A stretch of DNA of 63,038 bases, counting the filler, from Octopus bimaculoides (Eukaryota), in NCBI RefSeq assembly GCF_001194135.2. It is 6 parts of 6 records of this genome, joined end to end, with 100 filler letters (N's around TTAATTAATTAA, not from the genome) between each part and the next. Parts side by side here need not be neighbours in the genome. Positions count along the whole stretch, not along the records: positions 10,378 to 36,400 come from NC_068981.1; 5 more parts are not named here. One strand, written 5' to 3'. Numbering within the stretch: position 1 is the first letter of the stretch; each line of letters begins with the position of its first letter. Both the position numbers and the translations under genes were made by a program. The notes under the pieces are model-generated. The model did no database searches, was not told the DNA's origin, and was given only the letters and a program-made list of their open reading frames with translations. This document shows, in pieces, positions 11,251 to 25,554 of the stretch.

Positions 11251-14200
11251 CGACGGAGTTCGGACCTATATACACTGGAAGCTATGCCGACACTATGGAA
11301 TAACAACACAAAAAAGATGGTATAGGCACACCCCAGATAATTTAGGGGCCTTGGATCTTGAAAGCACGAAAGACAAAGTTGATCTCAGCGAGATTTGATT
11401 TCGTGCATGAATCTGAAGTATATTGTTGAAAAATGATGTCTACCGTTTATTTTTGTATTTCTTTAATATAATTTGGTCTCTTCTCTTGTTTGATCAGCAG
11501 ATTTGGACCATTGTCTTGCTGATCACAAATGCAATTTATTTCAATTTCATTATCCCATCTAAAGACGCAAAACCATTTCAATCGGACAAGCGACAGATAC
11601 TTCTTTGGTGATCGGTTCATTACCAAGGGAGAGAGAAAGAGAGAGAGAGCGGAGGTGCTTTTCATTATAGGTCCCCTTTCATAGAAGTATTTTCATTTCA
11701 AGCTATGTACAATCCTGCTCGCGCATTGTTCCTGATTTTTTTTTTTTTTTTGTCTTTTATCCATTAAAATCCTCTCTAAATGGACTTTGCTACTAATCTG
11801 AGGATGGACTTGCTGAGATTTAGTTCTCGCTGCCAATGTGAACAGAGTCATTTGCTTTGATGACATTACAGTTGTACCCATTGTCACCTTTGGACAACCA
11901 GCATCCATGATTTTCTGTTATTTTGTTTCGTTTTAAACTTTCGGAACAGACAAAAATTTCATTTGGCTTTTCTGTTCTTAATACTGAATTTTAAAGTTTT
12001 CTTTCAGCATCAATAAGGCACAACTCTAGTATTTCTTTGTTATTTTGCGTGATCATGAGAATTTTGTGTCTAGGTTGACCCTACCCAACCCCATGGCAGT
12101 AAAAGTTCTGCCATCACCTACCAACTACCCATTTTCTGACATTAAGATGACTGCAAGTGATTGCTCATCATCGACATTCATATTTCTTACCATGACGCAT
12201 GTCTTCTTCCCTGACCTACAGCGGGATCAGCTTATATGTAGGTGTGCCTCATAGAACTTGGGTGATACGCTTTAACTCCGACTTCTGTTTTAATCTTGAC
12301 AAATACAACGCCTTAGCGTCGTTGAAATATAACAGTCCTTAATTGAAATATAATTCTATATGAAAATTAATTCTTTTAGTTGTATTAACTTGAATGTCAT
12401 CTAGAGAAATCGGAACAAAATTTTAAACTTCTTATTGTTCATAGCCGTAGCTGTATCTTGAACACGTCTTTAAATGTCTTCAACGTTCTGCCTACGCATT
12501 TTTGTAAAAAAAAAATGTTACTGTTGATATATTTCTCAGACTATGAACATCAAATATACTAATAACATCTCTAAAGTGCATGGAAAAGAGAAAGAAAACG
12601 TATTTTGTAGTATGAGAGTGAAATAAGCTTTCAAAATATGTAACATGGTGTTTTGATGTACTGACAACAGAAATCCTGTATCACTGATATATTTCATTAG
12701 ACATATAATTATATCTTACAAGGTATGAGGAAGCTGACTAAAGGGACTGTTACATTAAAACCCATAGGATTTCTATGCAACGTTCATCTTATCTGGGAAA
12801 TTGCAATACAATGGTCATATTTTTCGATGACCTCTCAGTAGGTTGTGCGTAGACTAGTTGTCAATGCCTTCTATGTATCAATGTTTTCTATGTATGATAT
12901 ACGAAAGCAATATCTACAACAAAATTATCGATTAGTAATATGCCAAATAAAATTAGTTTGCTTGTTTTTGAAGATTATAATTATATAGTGTGGTTCCTTG
13001 TCACGTAATATGTGGGTGGTTACAGAGATTTTCGTTTATTATTTTTTTTAGATTTACTTACACCTACATATTAACACTACTTCACTATTATTGCTAGCTG
13101 TATCATCTGTAACCACCTTCTATATAGTTTGCTTACATTTTGTTATATCTGTAGGTTGATTTCGTAGATTTTTTTTTCCTATCTTGAAAAACCTAGTAGT
13201 TTTCCGTGTTAGATTTTGTACCATTTTGTTAAAGATATTAATATTAAGGAAATCATAGCTGCCTACATTTTATCGATTTAAATCAAATATCAAGAACGAA
13301 AACTTGTATATATATTTACTACCAAGGACATGTATAAGATGTTCTACAGACAAAACAACGGTTCACATGGTGACACACAAAAGCATACTATATATGTGTG
13401 TTTGTATGCGTGCAAAATAAAGAGCACGCGTATGTGTGTATGTGTATACATGTATGTGTGTTTGTGTGTGTGTGTGTATGTGTGTGTGTAAAATAAAGCA
13501 CTTGTGTCTGTGCATATTTATAGGTTCTACCAAACTCATTTTGTCTCGTTCAATGAGGTGTCAGTAACTAGCCAGTGAGGATGTCAAAGGCGTTACATAT
13601 AGTGTTATGCGTAGGAAGATAACCAGATAGATAAAATAAAATGGTAGAGGAACAAATGTGGTGATGGTGGTGGGAGTAATGTTCAAAAGGTATGATACCA
13701 TATTCATAGCAGTGATACAGATGGCAACACCGATATTGGTGGGGTAGACATGAAGGAGAGAATGTATTGGAGAATCATTGTTATAGCGGTGGCGTGGCGA
13801 TGTATTTTAAATCAGAGAGCGTTATCTGTAGGGTATCAATGACAAGCCGTATTTCTGTTGGTCCATTAGATTAGATACCTTTACCTTGGGCAACCATATT
13901 CGAGAAACGGGCTGCACGAATCATGCTTCATTATCAAGCGAGTGGTACTAAAGTCCTGCGGGACTTTCTACTCTATTCAAAGCATGTATCTATTAGTGTA
14001 CTTATATACTTTTCTATCTACCTAATAATCTACCACAACAGAATGTAATGATAAACATCAGGTGTATTTTACTCGGTATGTTCGCGACAAAGACGATCTG
14101 TGAGTATTCAACATTCAGTTTATCAATATATATCTCTGTTTTCGTTTCTGATTATATTTACTCCAAACACTTTTCTATTTAAACAAATTATGTATTCATC

Positions 14201-17200
14201 AGTAGTAAGTGAACTTATAAAAGAATTTATTAGATGCACTTCAACTGTTAGAAAGTATTATTAACCTGTTTGTCAAACTACCTCTCGGTGTCTGTCTACA
14301 CGTCAAACCGTATGTCGATATACAATTCTCAATGTAAACGTCGGCGTATCTCTCAATCACAACAAACCTATGAACAGTCACATAAATTGTTATCTACATC
14401 TTAGCCGAGACAAGTTATGAGTGGCGAATCTAGGCTCTTGTAATTGTGGCTCTTTATTTGTGGTGCTCATGGAGTCAGCGATGTAGGTTACACACACACA
14501 TATACACATTCCGAGGAGGCGCTTGTGAAGGTTACATATTATGTACATACATATCATGTGTGTGTTCATGTGTGTGCATGTGTTCATGTGCGTGTGTGTG
14601 CGCGCACGCGTATATATANNNNNNNNNNNNNNNNNNNNNNNNNNNNNNNNNNNNNNNNNNNNNNNNNNNNNNNNNNNNNNNNNNNNNNNNNNNNNNNNNN
14701 NNNNNNNNNNNNNNNNNNNNNNNNNNNNNNNNNNNNNNNNNNNNNNNNNNNNNNNNNNNNNNNNNNNNNNNNNNNNNNNNNNNNNNNNNNNNNNNNNNNN
14801 NNNNNNNNNNNNNNNNNNNNNNNNNNNNNNNNNNNNNNNNNNNNNNNNNNNNNNNNNNNNNNNNNNNNNNNNNNNNNNNNNNNNNNNNNNNNNNNNNNNN
14901 NNNNNNNNNNNNNNNNNNNNNNNNNNNNNNNNNNNNNNNNNNNNNNNNNNNNNNNNNNNNNNNNNNNNNNNNNNNNNNNNNNNNNNNNNNNNNNNNNNNN
15001 NNNNNNNNNNNNNNNNNNNNNNNNNNNNNNNNNNNNNNNNNNNNNNNNNNNNNNNNNNNNNNNNNNNNNNNNNNNNNNNNNNNNNNNNNNNNNNNNNNNN
15101 NNNNNNNNNNNNNNNNNNNNNNNNNNNNNNNNNNNNNNNNNNNNNNNNNNNNNNNNNNNNNNNNNNNNNNNNNNNNNNNNNNNNNNNNNNNNNNNNNNNN
15201 NNNNNNNNNNNNNNNNNNNNNNNNNNNNNNNNNNNNNNNNNNNNNNNNNNNNNNNNNNNNNNNNNNNNNNNNNNNNNNNNNNNNNNNNNNNNNNNNNNNN
15301 NNNNNNNNNNNNNNNNNNNNNNNNNNNNNNNNNNNNNNNNNNNNNNNNNNNNNNNNNNNNNNNNNNNNNNNNNNNNNNNNNNNNNNNNNNNNNNNNNNNN
15401 NNNNNNNNNNNNNNNNNNNNNNNNNNNNNNNNNNNNNNNNNNNNNNNNNNNNNNNNNNNNNNNNNNNNNNNNNNNNNNNNNNNNNNNNNNNNNNNNNNNN
15501 NNNNNNNNNNNNNNNNNNNNNNNNNNNNNNNNNNNNNNNNNNNNNNNNNNNNNNNNNNNNNNNNNNNNNNNNNNNNNNNNNNNNNNNNNNNNNNNNNNNN
15601 NNNNNNATATACTTAATCATATCAAAGGGAAATGGAAATTAATAAAAATGTTCACTTCCAAGTGGCTTAGCGTATAGTGTGTGCATACGTATGTCCTTCT
15701 GTCTGTCTGTCTGTCTGTATGTATGTATGTATGTATGTATGTATGTATGTATGTATGTATAGAATAATATAATATATATACACACTTCCTTCGGTATCCC
15801 TACACTGAGAGCCTAAACAATTTCAAATGCCTTACACAAAACCGCAAGTCTGGAAACATATTAATAATGAATGGCTTCATCATTCTGTATGTGAAATGAA
15901 GTACAAATATTTTGAAACGAGGAAATGGCAGCTCATCTCTAAATACTGTAGCCAAAAAATTACTGCTTAACTTGTGCCAAGGAGATACGACAAAATGCTT
16001 CAGACCTATTACTAGCCAACAATTCAGCGACTATGTGCAACATCATTTCTGAAAGATATTTTTTCTGACCAAATAATAGTCTGCAATCTAAATTTCCGGT
16101 CTACCAAACCAAAGCAAGCAACTCATTCAAGGACAATCATTTGACACCATGAATCAGAGCAAAGTAGAGTGGGAATGAATTAGACATAATTTATTGCTTA
16201 TCGCCGTCTTCTCCACCACTACATCGTTTGGCATTGCAGCAGATTGATTGGTAGAAATTTTGATTGGACAATAGCGAACGCTTGTTCAAATGATACCGCA
16301 ACAAAACTATTTAGCAAACATAGACATAAGATCACAAATGAAAGAAAAAGCTCTCATAATAACAATCGAGAAATGGAGCAAGAAAGCAACCAAGTGAAAC
16401 ACTATTACTAGCAGCAGTTACTCTCAATAGGAAAAAGAGAACTGCTGTTCCAAAAAATGTGCATAACTGCATGAAAACATGCATTAGAAATCAAAAGACT
16501 ACATAGAGACACAGGGTCATTCAGAACCAAAAGTTTTCATTTGATAACAAATATAGAACCACTCCTACACAGATTACGACAGGTAATAAGAGCACTCTCA
16601 ACATTGAAAATTTGCAGAAACAATACTGCTGTTTTGAGTGATGCCATTGTAATTGACTTAGGCATTATCAGCACAGTCAGCCAGCAACATTCCATCTCGG
16701 ACGTAACTTTCACCACCCAAGACATCATAGTAGCAACAAATTGAATTAGACATCACACTCCGTTGCCTCCGTACGTCTCCTAAAGGAATGCCTACATTTA
16801 ATTGTATCTATTGTGCGCAGTCTCTGAAGAAAACCGCTGGCTATATTGAAAAATACTATTCCAATCTCTTTTTTTAGTCTTCGAAAGTGACACTGATCAC
16901 TTACATTTAACTATCGCCTGATCTCAATTGCCTTCTTATACCATTAAAATTCGAAAGACTTCTGACATCAACAATAACCGACTTCCTGAATAGCAATAAT
17001 CCCCTTAATGCCAACCAACGCAGCGTTCATTGTGGTAGCGACTACTTAACACACGTCTAACATCATTGTTTGAGGACATTCTAAATATTTTGGAAGGAAA
17101 CTCAGACACGGATAGACTTTCGATTCATAGGACCACAACATACCGATGTTAAAACTATCCAAACCTCAGCTTTGTAAAAAGTTGCTGCGCAAAATAAAGT

Positions 17201-17444
17201 GTTATCAGGATGATTAGAAACTTCCTTGCCTTCATTAAAAGAATCCACTATAACTCGGTATAGCATAGAAACTAACTTCTGCTTAGTAATTAATATGGTT
17301 TTCAGGACTAAAACTCTTCTTCTTCTCCCCTTCATCACCATCGTCATCATCATCATCATCATCATCGTCTACTTTCTCTTCCTCTTTTTCTACTTATTAC
17401 TCTCCTATTTCCCTCCTCCTTCTACTTCTAGGTTTCCCACTTAC

Positions 17445-17691
17445 CACCTTGAGAACGCACTCGGCCCTCCGGCACACAATTCCATACTTAACACTGAACT
17501 AGCTACTTAAACATTCCATTTTTAACAGCTTACTTAAACGCTCACATACGCACGACATTTTAATTACTTACCTTCCAAAACCCACAATGTAAAACCCTCA
17601 CCTACTTACCTTCAAACAAAGGAAAGAAATTCTGCGTCATAAATAAGTTCAGCTGCAATGAATTAGCAATCGAACGTTTTAGTGACATCAC
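17445..17691 (-). promoter_or_regulatory. Cluster of three consensus splice donors beside a CRE-like palindrome; possible first exon
   Basis: Minus-strand GTG|GTAAGT (17445/17444), AAG|GTAAGTA (17572/17571) and AAG|GTAAGTA (17610/17609). GTGACATCAC at 17682-17691. Locally more CpG than the flanks (by eye). Confidence 0.3.
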
Positions 17692-18132
17692 GCTATGCGA
17701 AAAAGTACATATCACAGCAAATCAGTTTGTAGGCACTATTAATGCTAGCTGCGTTTGAGGTAATTTCACATCCACAAATACTTTCTCGCCTATTTCTAGC
17801 ATTTAGCAAAAATCTACAAACCCGGGCCCAAACACGTTGCTCGTTATTTTCGTGTAGCTATTTGTGATACAATCGGTTGAGTTGAGAGTGGATCTGTAGA
17901 TTACATCCTTCCTTGAGGAGCAGGTAGAGTTTCGGGTGGTGTACGTAGTATGAGGGTTGAAGAGCTTATAGAAGACATATAAATATATATATATATATAT
18001 ANNNNNNNNNNNNNNNNNNNNNNNNNNNNNNNNNNNNNNNNNNNNNNNNNNNNNNNNNNNNNNNNNNNNNNNNNNNNNNNNNNNNNNNNNNNNNNNNNNN
18101 NNNNNNNNNNNNNNNNNNNNNNNNNNNNNNTA

Positions 18133-18560
18133 TAAGCAAAATATGCAACAGAAGGTGATGCAGTACGATCGTTTCAAGCGGTTCCATTTAATTGAACGAT
18201 GCAATCATTACATCAGTTTAAATGCAGGGTAGTTGATAAAAAAAAAACACTAATAAATTTAAAATGAACCACAATCCTTTACAAGCTATGACCCTAACAA
18301 ACTTCATACAGTTCTTAGAAGTGTAGGATATTCTTAGCTTCATTAGTAGCAACATGGACACTTTCCCTCTACTTGCTCTTTTAGAGAATTTGAGTAAAAT
18401 TATATTAATGTGTCCAATTGATTAAAAATTCTATTTATTTATGCTGCAGAGGAAAGCTCTGCATTTGAACTGATGTAATGATTGCAATGTTTAGTTAATG
18501 GGGGCCGCTCGAAACGGTTGTACTGCATCACCTCTTGATATCCTGTTGCTTATTTTGATT
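18133..18560. mobile_element. Fold-back element with about 95-100 bp inverted arms, possibly PLE pLTR-derived
   Basis: 18133-18227 is the reverse complement of about 18459-18560 (ctgcattt.aactgatgtaatgattgca...ccgct.gaaacg...gtactgcatcacc) around a spacer of about 230 bp. Confidence 0.7.
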
Positions 18561-19241
18561 TTATTCTTCTTACTTTGAGTTGTACGGAAAATGCCGCACT
18601 GACTTGGTGCTTCAACTTAAGTACCTAATTCTATTGAATCTCCCTTATTGCCTTTTATATATATATATATAGGGAGAGAGTTTTAAGTTTAACTTATTAT
18701 ATGTAGATTTTTTATAGAATCCAGAGCAATCACTGCAAGTAGCGACGCTTCCCGTATGAATACGTATCTGCAAACAAAGCGATTGACGGTAGAAAATAGC
18801 TGATGAGTGTATATATGCCTCTTGCAAGAGCTATTGTCTTTTCATAACTATCACAATCAACCCATCAACTTTCTACGAAGGCATTGCTTAAATACCAATA
18901 AGTTTATCTGCGTAACAGAAATGGCTACAGTAATTTGCATATTAAACATGTTCCTGGCAACTAGTGTTAATAGATAAACTTAAAATTGGAAACATCGCAC
19001 TGTTAGCATAAAAAGTGCGACGCAATATTGACTGGAAAACTCTAATGCATTTGATAGTATATTATTGCTGAAAAACGAAATACAATGACCTTGCTAGTAG
19101 TTAACATATATATTCTTGTATAAATATATATATACATATATGTACGTACAATTACACAGACATATATACATATAAATATAAGTGTGTGTGTATGTATATA
19201 TATTTGTACGTACATATATGTATATACATATATATACAAAC

Positions 19242-19319
<78 letters not shown>

Positions 19320-20676
19320 GCATTCATACATACATATTTTTGTAGATGTTCATTTGTCTTTAAATATCGATAGCGTATAGATGGAAAATAAAGTGCCTAC
19401 TTCAAGAAAAAAAAAACTTTCTAACAGAATATTTCAAGTGGCTGGCGATACATAAATATTGTTGAAGATAAACATATCTAAAATATGGTGAAAAATATAG
19501 TTCAGCTCAAATATAGTTGAATATAGCTATGGTTAGAATATTGTGAAGCTTGTTAATATTGGGGCACAGATACAATTAGAAACATTACTATATAATTGTA
19601 GTTAAATTTAAATATTTGAAGCGTAGTCTACGAGTACATTCTATACAATTAAATTGAGTTTTGAAAAGCCACCTACTCCCCTTTTGTATCCCCATGTACT
19701 TCACTCACTTTCCATAGTAATTTATTTATACATCAGATATTTCTTCATAAAATTATCCAATTCTACTTTCATATTATTATGTCTTCAGATGTTGAACAAA
19801 ATTTCACACTTAAGTTAAAATCGTCCTTTTGTCTTTAGGTGAATTTTTTTGTTTCATATCTCTCAGCCTATAATATTCCCTTAAAATTACAATATTTGTA
19901 ATGCGATTTTCTCACTACATAGTGTTAGAACAACAATGGCATCTCCTGTTAACTTGAAGTAAAGAAATTGGTGGTAGCAATTTTGTTTCTTCCACTTCTA
20001 CTGTTTTTTTGCGTGGTCCAATAAATTGTACTTAATTGAAACAAAATAATTAAAACACATTTCAGAAAATTTGTCTTGTATAAGTTACACGAATTATATA
20101 AATGGCATACAGTACAGATAAATGCCCTATTCTAGGTTTGACAACTTACTAGAGTTCAGATTTTCTTTGAAGTTCTTACAGTAGTTCGGAACCGTTATAT
20201 AACCATTCTCTATATTCTTCGCGTAGTGAATATTCGTGAGAGTTAAAATATCTGACAAGCTTTTTTTTTTTTTCCAAATATTGTACTGCTACGTACAATT
20301 TATTGTGGTAGAAACGTAAAATAAATTAGTTCTGTTTTATTTTGCCGCAAAACACTAAATTTATAAAACAACTGAAATAACATTCATTTCTCATCACTTG
20401 TCTTACAATATAGCAATTATATTGTCTACTGTTGTGAAACAGGCATTTTTCTCATTTGTTTTCGTGACTGTTATATACAACTAATTTATATAGTTTTTGT
20501 GGTTCGTACTGCTTTTAATCGTGTTATATATTATATATTGAGGTAACTCCCATTTTAATTATTAGATTCACAATTAATGTGAAAATACACGTACACGACA
20601 AGAAAATTAGTATATATGCATACATATACACGCTAATATTCACACACCAGCACACCTACACACATTCAAATAGAGA

Positions 20677-20741
<65 letters not shown>

Positions 20742-20742
20742 C

Positions 20743-20777
<35 letters not shown>

Positions 20778-21189
20778 GACAGAGAGAGACAGAGAAAGAG
20801 AGAGAAAGAGACGTAGTAATTAACTGAATACTGTGGCGATTGCTATTCATGTTTTTGTTTATAAAGGCGCGACATGGCAACAAATCCTACATCATAGAGT
20901 AGAATTGAGAAGGCGTAGAACTATCTATGGGATGCAAAGACATGACGTTAAGATAGAATGCTGGTCGGGCTATTCCGATTGCATTGGCTATAATGCCGAA
21001 TGGAACTTTAATGGAACTATGCGGCAACATATACTGGACCGCAACGACGTTCGAAATCCAAAACATCAGGCTGATATTAGAATAAACAATCAAAAAGATA
21101 ATGGGAAACATACGATATATTTCTTTCACTACTATATTTTGGATCTACATCATTCCATTTATTTTTTCAATATTACATTTTGACAAGTA

Positions 21190-21400
21190 AGTTAGCAAGC
21201 TAACCCCATTGTCAGCACGAAGGGTGAAATGCTTAGCGGCATTTCAAGCGTGTTTATTTCTGAGTTCAAATTTCGCCGAGGTCATCTTTGCCTTTCACTC
21301 TGTTGGATCAATAAAATGATTACCAGTTGAACACTGGGGTCAATTGAATCAACTTAACCTCACCACAAACCTGCTGGCATTGTGCCAAAATTCGAAATCA
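21190..21400 (+). mobile_element. SINE family B
   Basis: gaaatgcttagcggcatttc..tgagttcaaatttcgccgaggtc..gcctttca..taccagttgaacactggggtc..tgtgccaaaattcgaa. Confidence 0.8.
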
Positions 21401-23855
21401 ATGTTACATTTTCACATACACAACACCTTTGAGAAAATGTTAATATCGCTACGTGTATACGCTGTCCCCACTCCAGGTGCATACTTCTCTTAATGGTCTA
21501 GATATCTTAAGAATAATTTCTCTGAATTGTATATCTTTTCTTCCGCTAACCAATTTCCAAATTATTAAACCTGTGTGGCGAAATCAGAAAGTAGTCATTC
21601 CATAGAGATGCAGGAAACCGAATTCTTCGCAATTCTAAAAGTACTAAAATATTCAACGAATGTATAATTCAGTTTCGATAAGACCGTTCAACTAAAACGG
21701 TTTAGAAATATTATTTACAGAATCACACCAGATACTCTGCGTCTGGATATGAAGCTGTGCAACATTTGTCATTATATACATCTTAACCTTATTATGTCAT
21801 GTGAAAATATAGCAATGTATATTTCCAATGATTCTTTTACACTGACCTATTTACACTTAATATCTCTGCATTGAAACAAGTATAAAGAACGTATTTTATA
21901 TAAATTCAGTTTTATGTGCACCTTTAATCTGTGATTTCAGACGTAATACTGTCATACTACTATAATATAAAGTTTCCAAATGCTAATTTCTCTTTGATAA
22001 ACATGTGCCTTTATGCTGTTAACTTTGTTGGTACAACCTCTATTCATTTAATCTAATATTATAAACAAATGGTAATTTTATAGTCGTCATTAATGAATAA
22101 CAGAGTTTTCATCTTTGGTTAAAAGAAAATTATTCTAATAAAACCGCCAAATCTAACATACTGAAAATCTGTTGTACAGATTCTGGTTATAACATAATGC
22201 AGTGAAACTTAACAGCAAGAATGTTACTGTAGTTAACCATGCACAGCTCTTCAAATATCTTTGCTGGTGGAAATGTTCACTGTACTGACTAACTTTATTG
22301 AGCCATTCCTAAAATCAAATATGACTGATTTTGTATTTAGGCTATTTTAAGTTTTGAGTACCTAGGTTTGTTGGTAAATTACTTTAAATTACCCATCTAC
22401 GATAGAAAGGCTTTTTCTTGCTTTTCTTACTTTCCGCAAAAATCAAGAAATAATATGTCGTCTCTTTCCAATATTGATTTCTATATGCAGCATTTACTTC
22501 GTAAAATGCGTTGCTCATAACCTTTCATGTTTTACTATAGATAGGAAGGACTACAGAAAAGCATTCTTGCCGACTGTAGTAAACATTGCGAAGAAATTGC
22601 ATTAAATTAAATCGAGTTGCTACATCTATCCTTAAGTTACTCGTTACAAGGCAATAATAGTTACATTTATCGGCACACCAAATACAGCCCACGAAATGCT
22701 TTACATTTAAGTGTTATGAAATCTTGACAAATACATTCTACTACATAAGTAGTTCGTTTTCTTGAATTGTAAATTGTAGGTTTGTAATTTGTTCAACATA
22801 TTTCTTCGCAGATTTACTGCTTACTTTTCCTAATGGCATCCGATAAAGACAACAATAATCTAACAAGCGCGTATATGAGCTAAAACCACAGAAACCTCTC
22901 GCTTAGGTCACGTATGTAAATATGTGTCACGTCCCTTGGTATAAGCGAATCGATATTTTTGTTAGCAAAGTGAAAGTATTTCTATTAGTTGATTTTACTC
23001 AGCGGATAGAAATGTCTAATGCAGACATGTTTTAATTGAAATGACTCACATCATTAAAATGTGAATAAATACCCTCATGAAAATAAAACTACATTATTTC
23101 CTAGATAATCACATTAGCGAAGTATTTAACGTTCAAACACAAGAAAACCGAATATTGGTGTTCATAATAATTCGCTTCTGCTGTAGAATTAAGCTCATGA
23201 ATTCAGTATATACTATTGTTACGTCAAATCGATACACAATAAAAAAAATATAAGCTAATAAGGTGTGGACTGAAGAACCGAAACAAGATGATCGCGCGAA
23301 CATGTTTCAAATCATGCAAGTAGTAATTTTCCGTCATTAAGTTCATAATGTCATAAAGTATTTGAATATAAAGATATATTGCTTCCCATTCAATCAAATT
23401 CTGTGAGGTACAGGGGTTATGAGTTATAGAAATAACGGTATGTTGCCACATACCCATATAATTTCCGTGAGGTATGAATTGTTATAGCATACGTATTTAC
23501 TAGCCTTTACATTGAGACTCAAAAATATTTTTACTGGAGGGGGGGACTTAAGCTATAGTCATATGAAAACTAAAACATAATTACTCATACACACATACGC
23601 ACAATTAAAATATATACTTGCATACATACACATACATATATATACAGTCAAGGATAACCTTAGGTACATGTGTGTACGTGCGCGCATGTGTGTGTGTGTG
23701 TACGTGCGTGCGTGTGTGTATTTATATATACACGCATTTATCTAACTGTTGATTGATTACTCAATTTTCATTTTTCTGATTTTTCGTAGGAACAATAAAA
23801 ACATAAGAGCACAAAAGTAAATACAGGCCTTTACTGTATTAGTTTTAAATTCAAA

Positions 23856-23890
23856 GACAATGTTTCAGATGTGTGCTCTTCATCAGAAAG
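23856..23890 (-). ncRNA. Degenerate hammerhead-like motif with canonical CTGATGA core
   Basis: Reverse complement reads cttt-CTGATGA-A-GAGCACACATCT-GAAAC-ATT-GTC. Stem I partner not intact. Confidence 0.4.
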
Positions 23891-24291
23891 GTAGAAGAAA
23901 AGAATGCAAAAGATGAAGAAGACAAACGTAATCAAGACGAAGTGTAAGCAGGTGTGACTGAAACCAACGCCATTTTGAAATGACCTCAAGTGAGAAAGAG
24001 CATATTTAGACGTCTCAACACAAGACAAGCTGAAAGCATAGCAAGTTAGTTTATGTGTGTGATATCTAATCTACTGCAGCGGTGTCTGTAGATGTTGGAA
24101 AACTAAGTGCTTGTTTTGCTTATTAATTTTATTTTTTCGCAATGAATATTGTCCTCTCAAACTTGTGTATGAATGATAGATATGTTTCTGACATGTATGT
24201 CATTAATAGATTGTGCATATGAGTTTTCTTTATTACTACAAATTTGCAATGACTGGTTATATATGAATGATAAATAAACACTCATATATTC

Positions 24292-24675
24292 TGTTGTTGG
24301 CACTCCGTCGCTTACGACGTCGAGAGTTCCATTTGATCCGATCAACGGAACAGCCTGCTCGTGAAATTAACGTGCAAGTGGCTGAGCACTCCACAGACAC
24401 GTGTACCCATAATGTAGTTCTCGGGGATATTTTGCGTGACACAGTCTGCCAAGGCTAACCCTTTGAATTACAGGCACAACAGAAACAGGAAGTAAGAGTG
24501 AGAGAAAGTTGTGGTGAAAGAGTACAGCAGAGTTCGCCACCATCCCCTGTCGGAGCCTCGTGGAGCTTTAGGTGATTTCGCACAATAAACACTCACAACG
24601 TCCGGTCTGGGAATCGAAACCGCGATCCTATGACCTCGAGTCCGCTGCCCAAACCACTGGGCCATTGCGCCTCCA
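24292..24675 (-). mobile_element. Full-length tRNA-derived SINE, family C
   Basis: Head gtggaggcgcaatggcccagtggtttgggcagcggactcgagg..ggtttcgattccc carries A-box and B-box-like motifs, followed by a body of about 300 bp ending gtgccaacaaca. Confidence 0.8.
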
Positions 24676-24902
24676 CACACTCATATATATGTATATGTTA
24701 ATATCCATGTGTTTGTGTCTATATACATATATGTATTTGTATTATATCTATATGTATATATATATATATAATATATATGATGTATATATTATATATATAT
24801 AAATATGCATATGCATACACACACACACACGCACACACACACACACATATATAGTATATATATGCATATGTATATGTATGTATGTGTGTGTGTGTGTGTA
24901 TG

Positions 24903-24943
<41 letters not shown>

Positions 24944-25519
24944 NNNNNNNNNNNNNNNNNNNNNNNNNNNNNNNNNNNNNNNNNNNNNNNNNNNNNNNNN
25001 NNNNNNNNNNNNNNNNNNNNNNNNNNNNNNNNNNNNNNNNNNNNNNNNNNNNNNNNNNNNNNNNNNNNNNNNNNNNNNNNNNNNNNNNNNNNNNNNNNNN
25101 NNNNNNNNNNNNNNNNNNNNNNNNNNNNNNNNNNNNNNNNNNNNNNNNNNNNNNNNNNNNNNNNNNNNNNNNNNNNNNNNNNNNNNNNNNNNNNNNNNNN
25201 NNNNNNNNNNNNNNNNNNNNNNNNNNNNNNNNNNNNNNNNNNNNNNNNNNNNNNNNNNNNNNNNNNNNNNNNNNNNNNNNNNNNNNNNNNNNNNNNNNNN
25301 NNNNNNNNNNNNNNNNNNNNNNNNNNNNNNNNNNNNNNNNNNNNNNNNNNNNNNNNNNNNNNNNNNNNNNNNNNNNNNNNNNNNNNNNNNNNNNNNNNNN
25401 NNNNNNNNNNNNNNNNNNNNNNNNNNNNNNNNNNNNNNNNNNNNNNNNNNNNNNNNNNNNNNNNNNNNNNNNNNNNNNNNNNNNNNNNNNNNNNNNNNNN
25501 NNNNNNNNNNNNNNNNNNN

Positions 25520-25554
<35 letters not shown>

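Noticed and set aside
11800-12260. LVGDGRTFTAMGLGRVNL and a C-x2-C-like stretch suggesting a Copia gag-pol remnant
   Set aside because: The DSGA motif is missing, spacing to the putative knuckle is too short and there are multiple stops. Too weak to call without a profile search.
16240-16590. Two ATTGG (CCAAT) boxes followed by a CAG|GTAATA donor
   Set aside because: Short motifs are expected by chance in AT-rich DNA and there is no supporting downstream exon.
20833-21183. 116-aa plus ORF and overlapping hydrophobic 80-aa minus ORF with a GPCR TM1-like GIIANAIGI stretch
   Set aside because: No continuation into further TM helices, no convincing splice sites and no recognisable family motifs.
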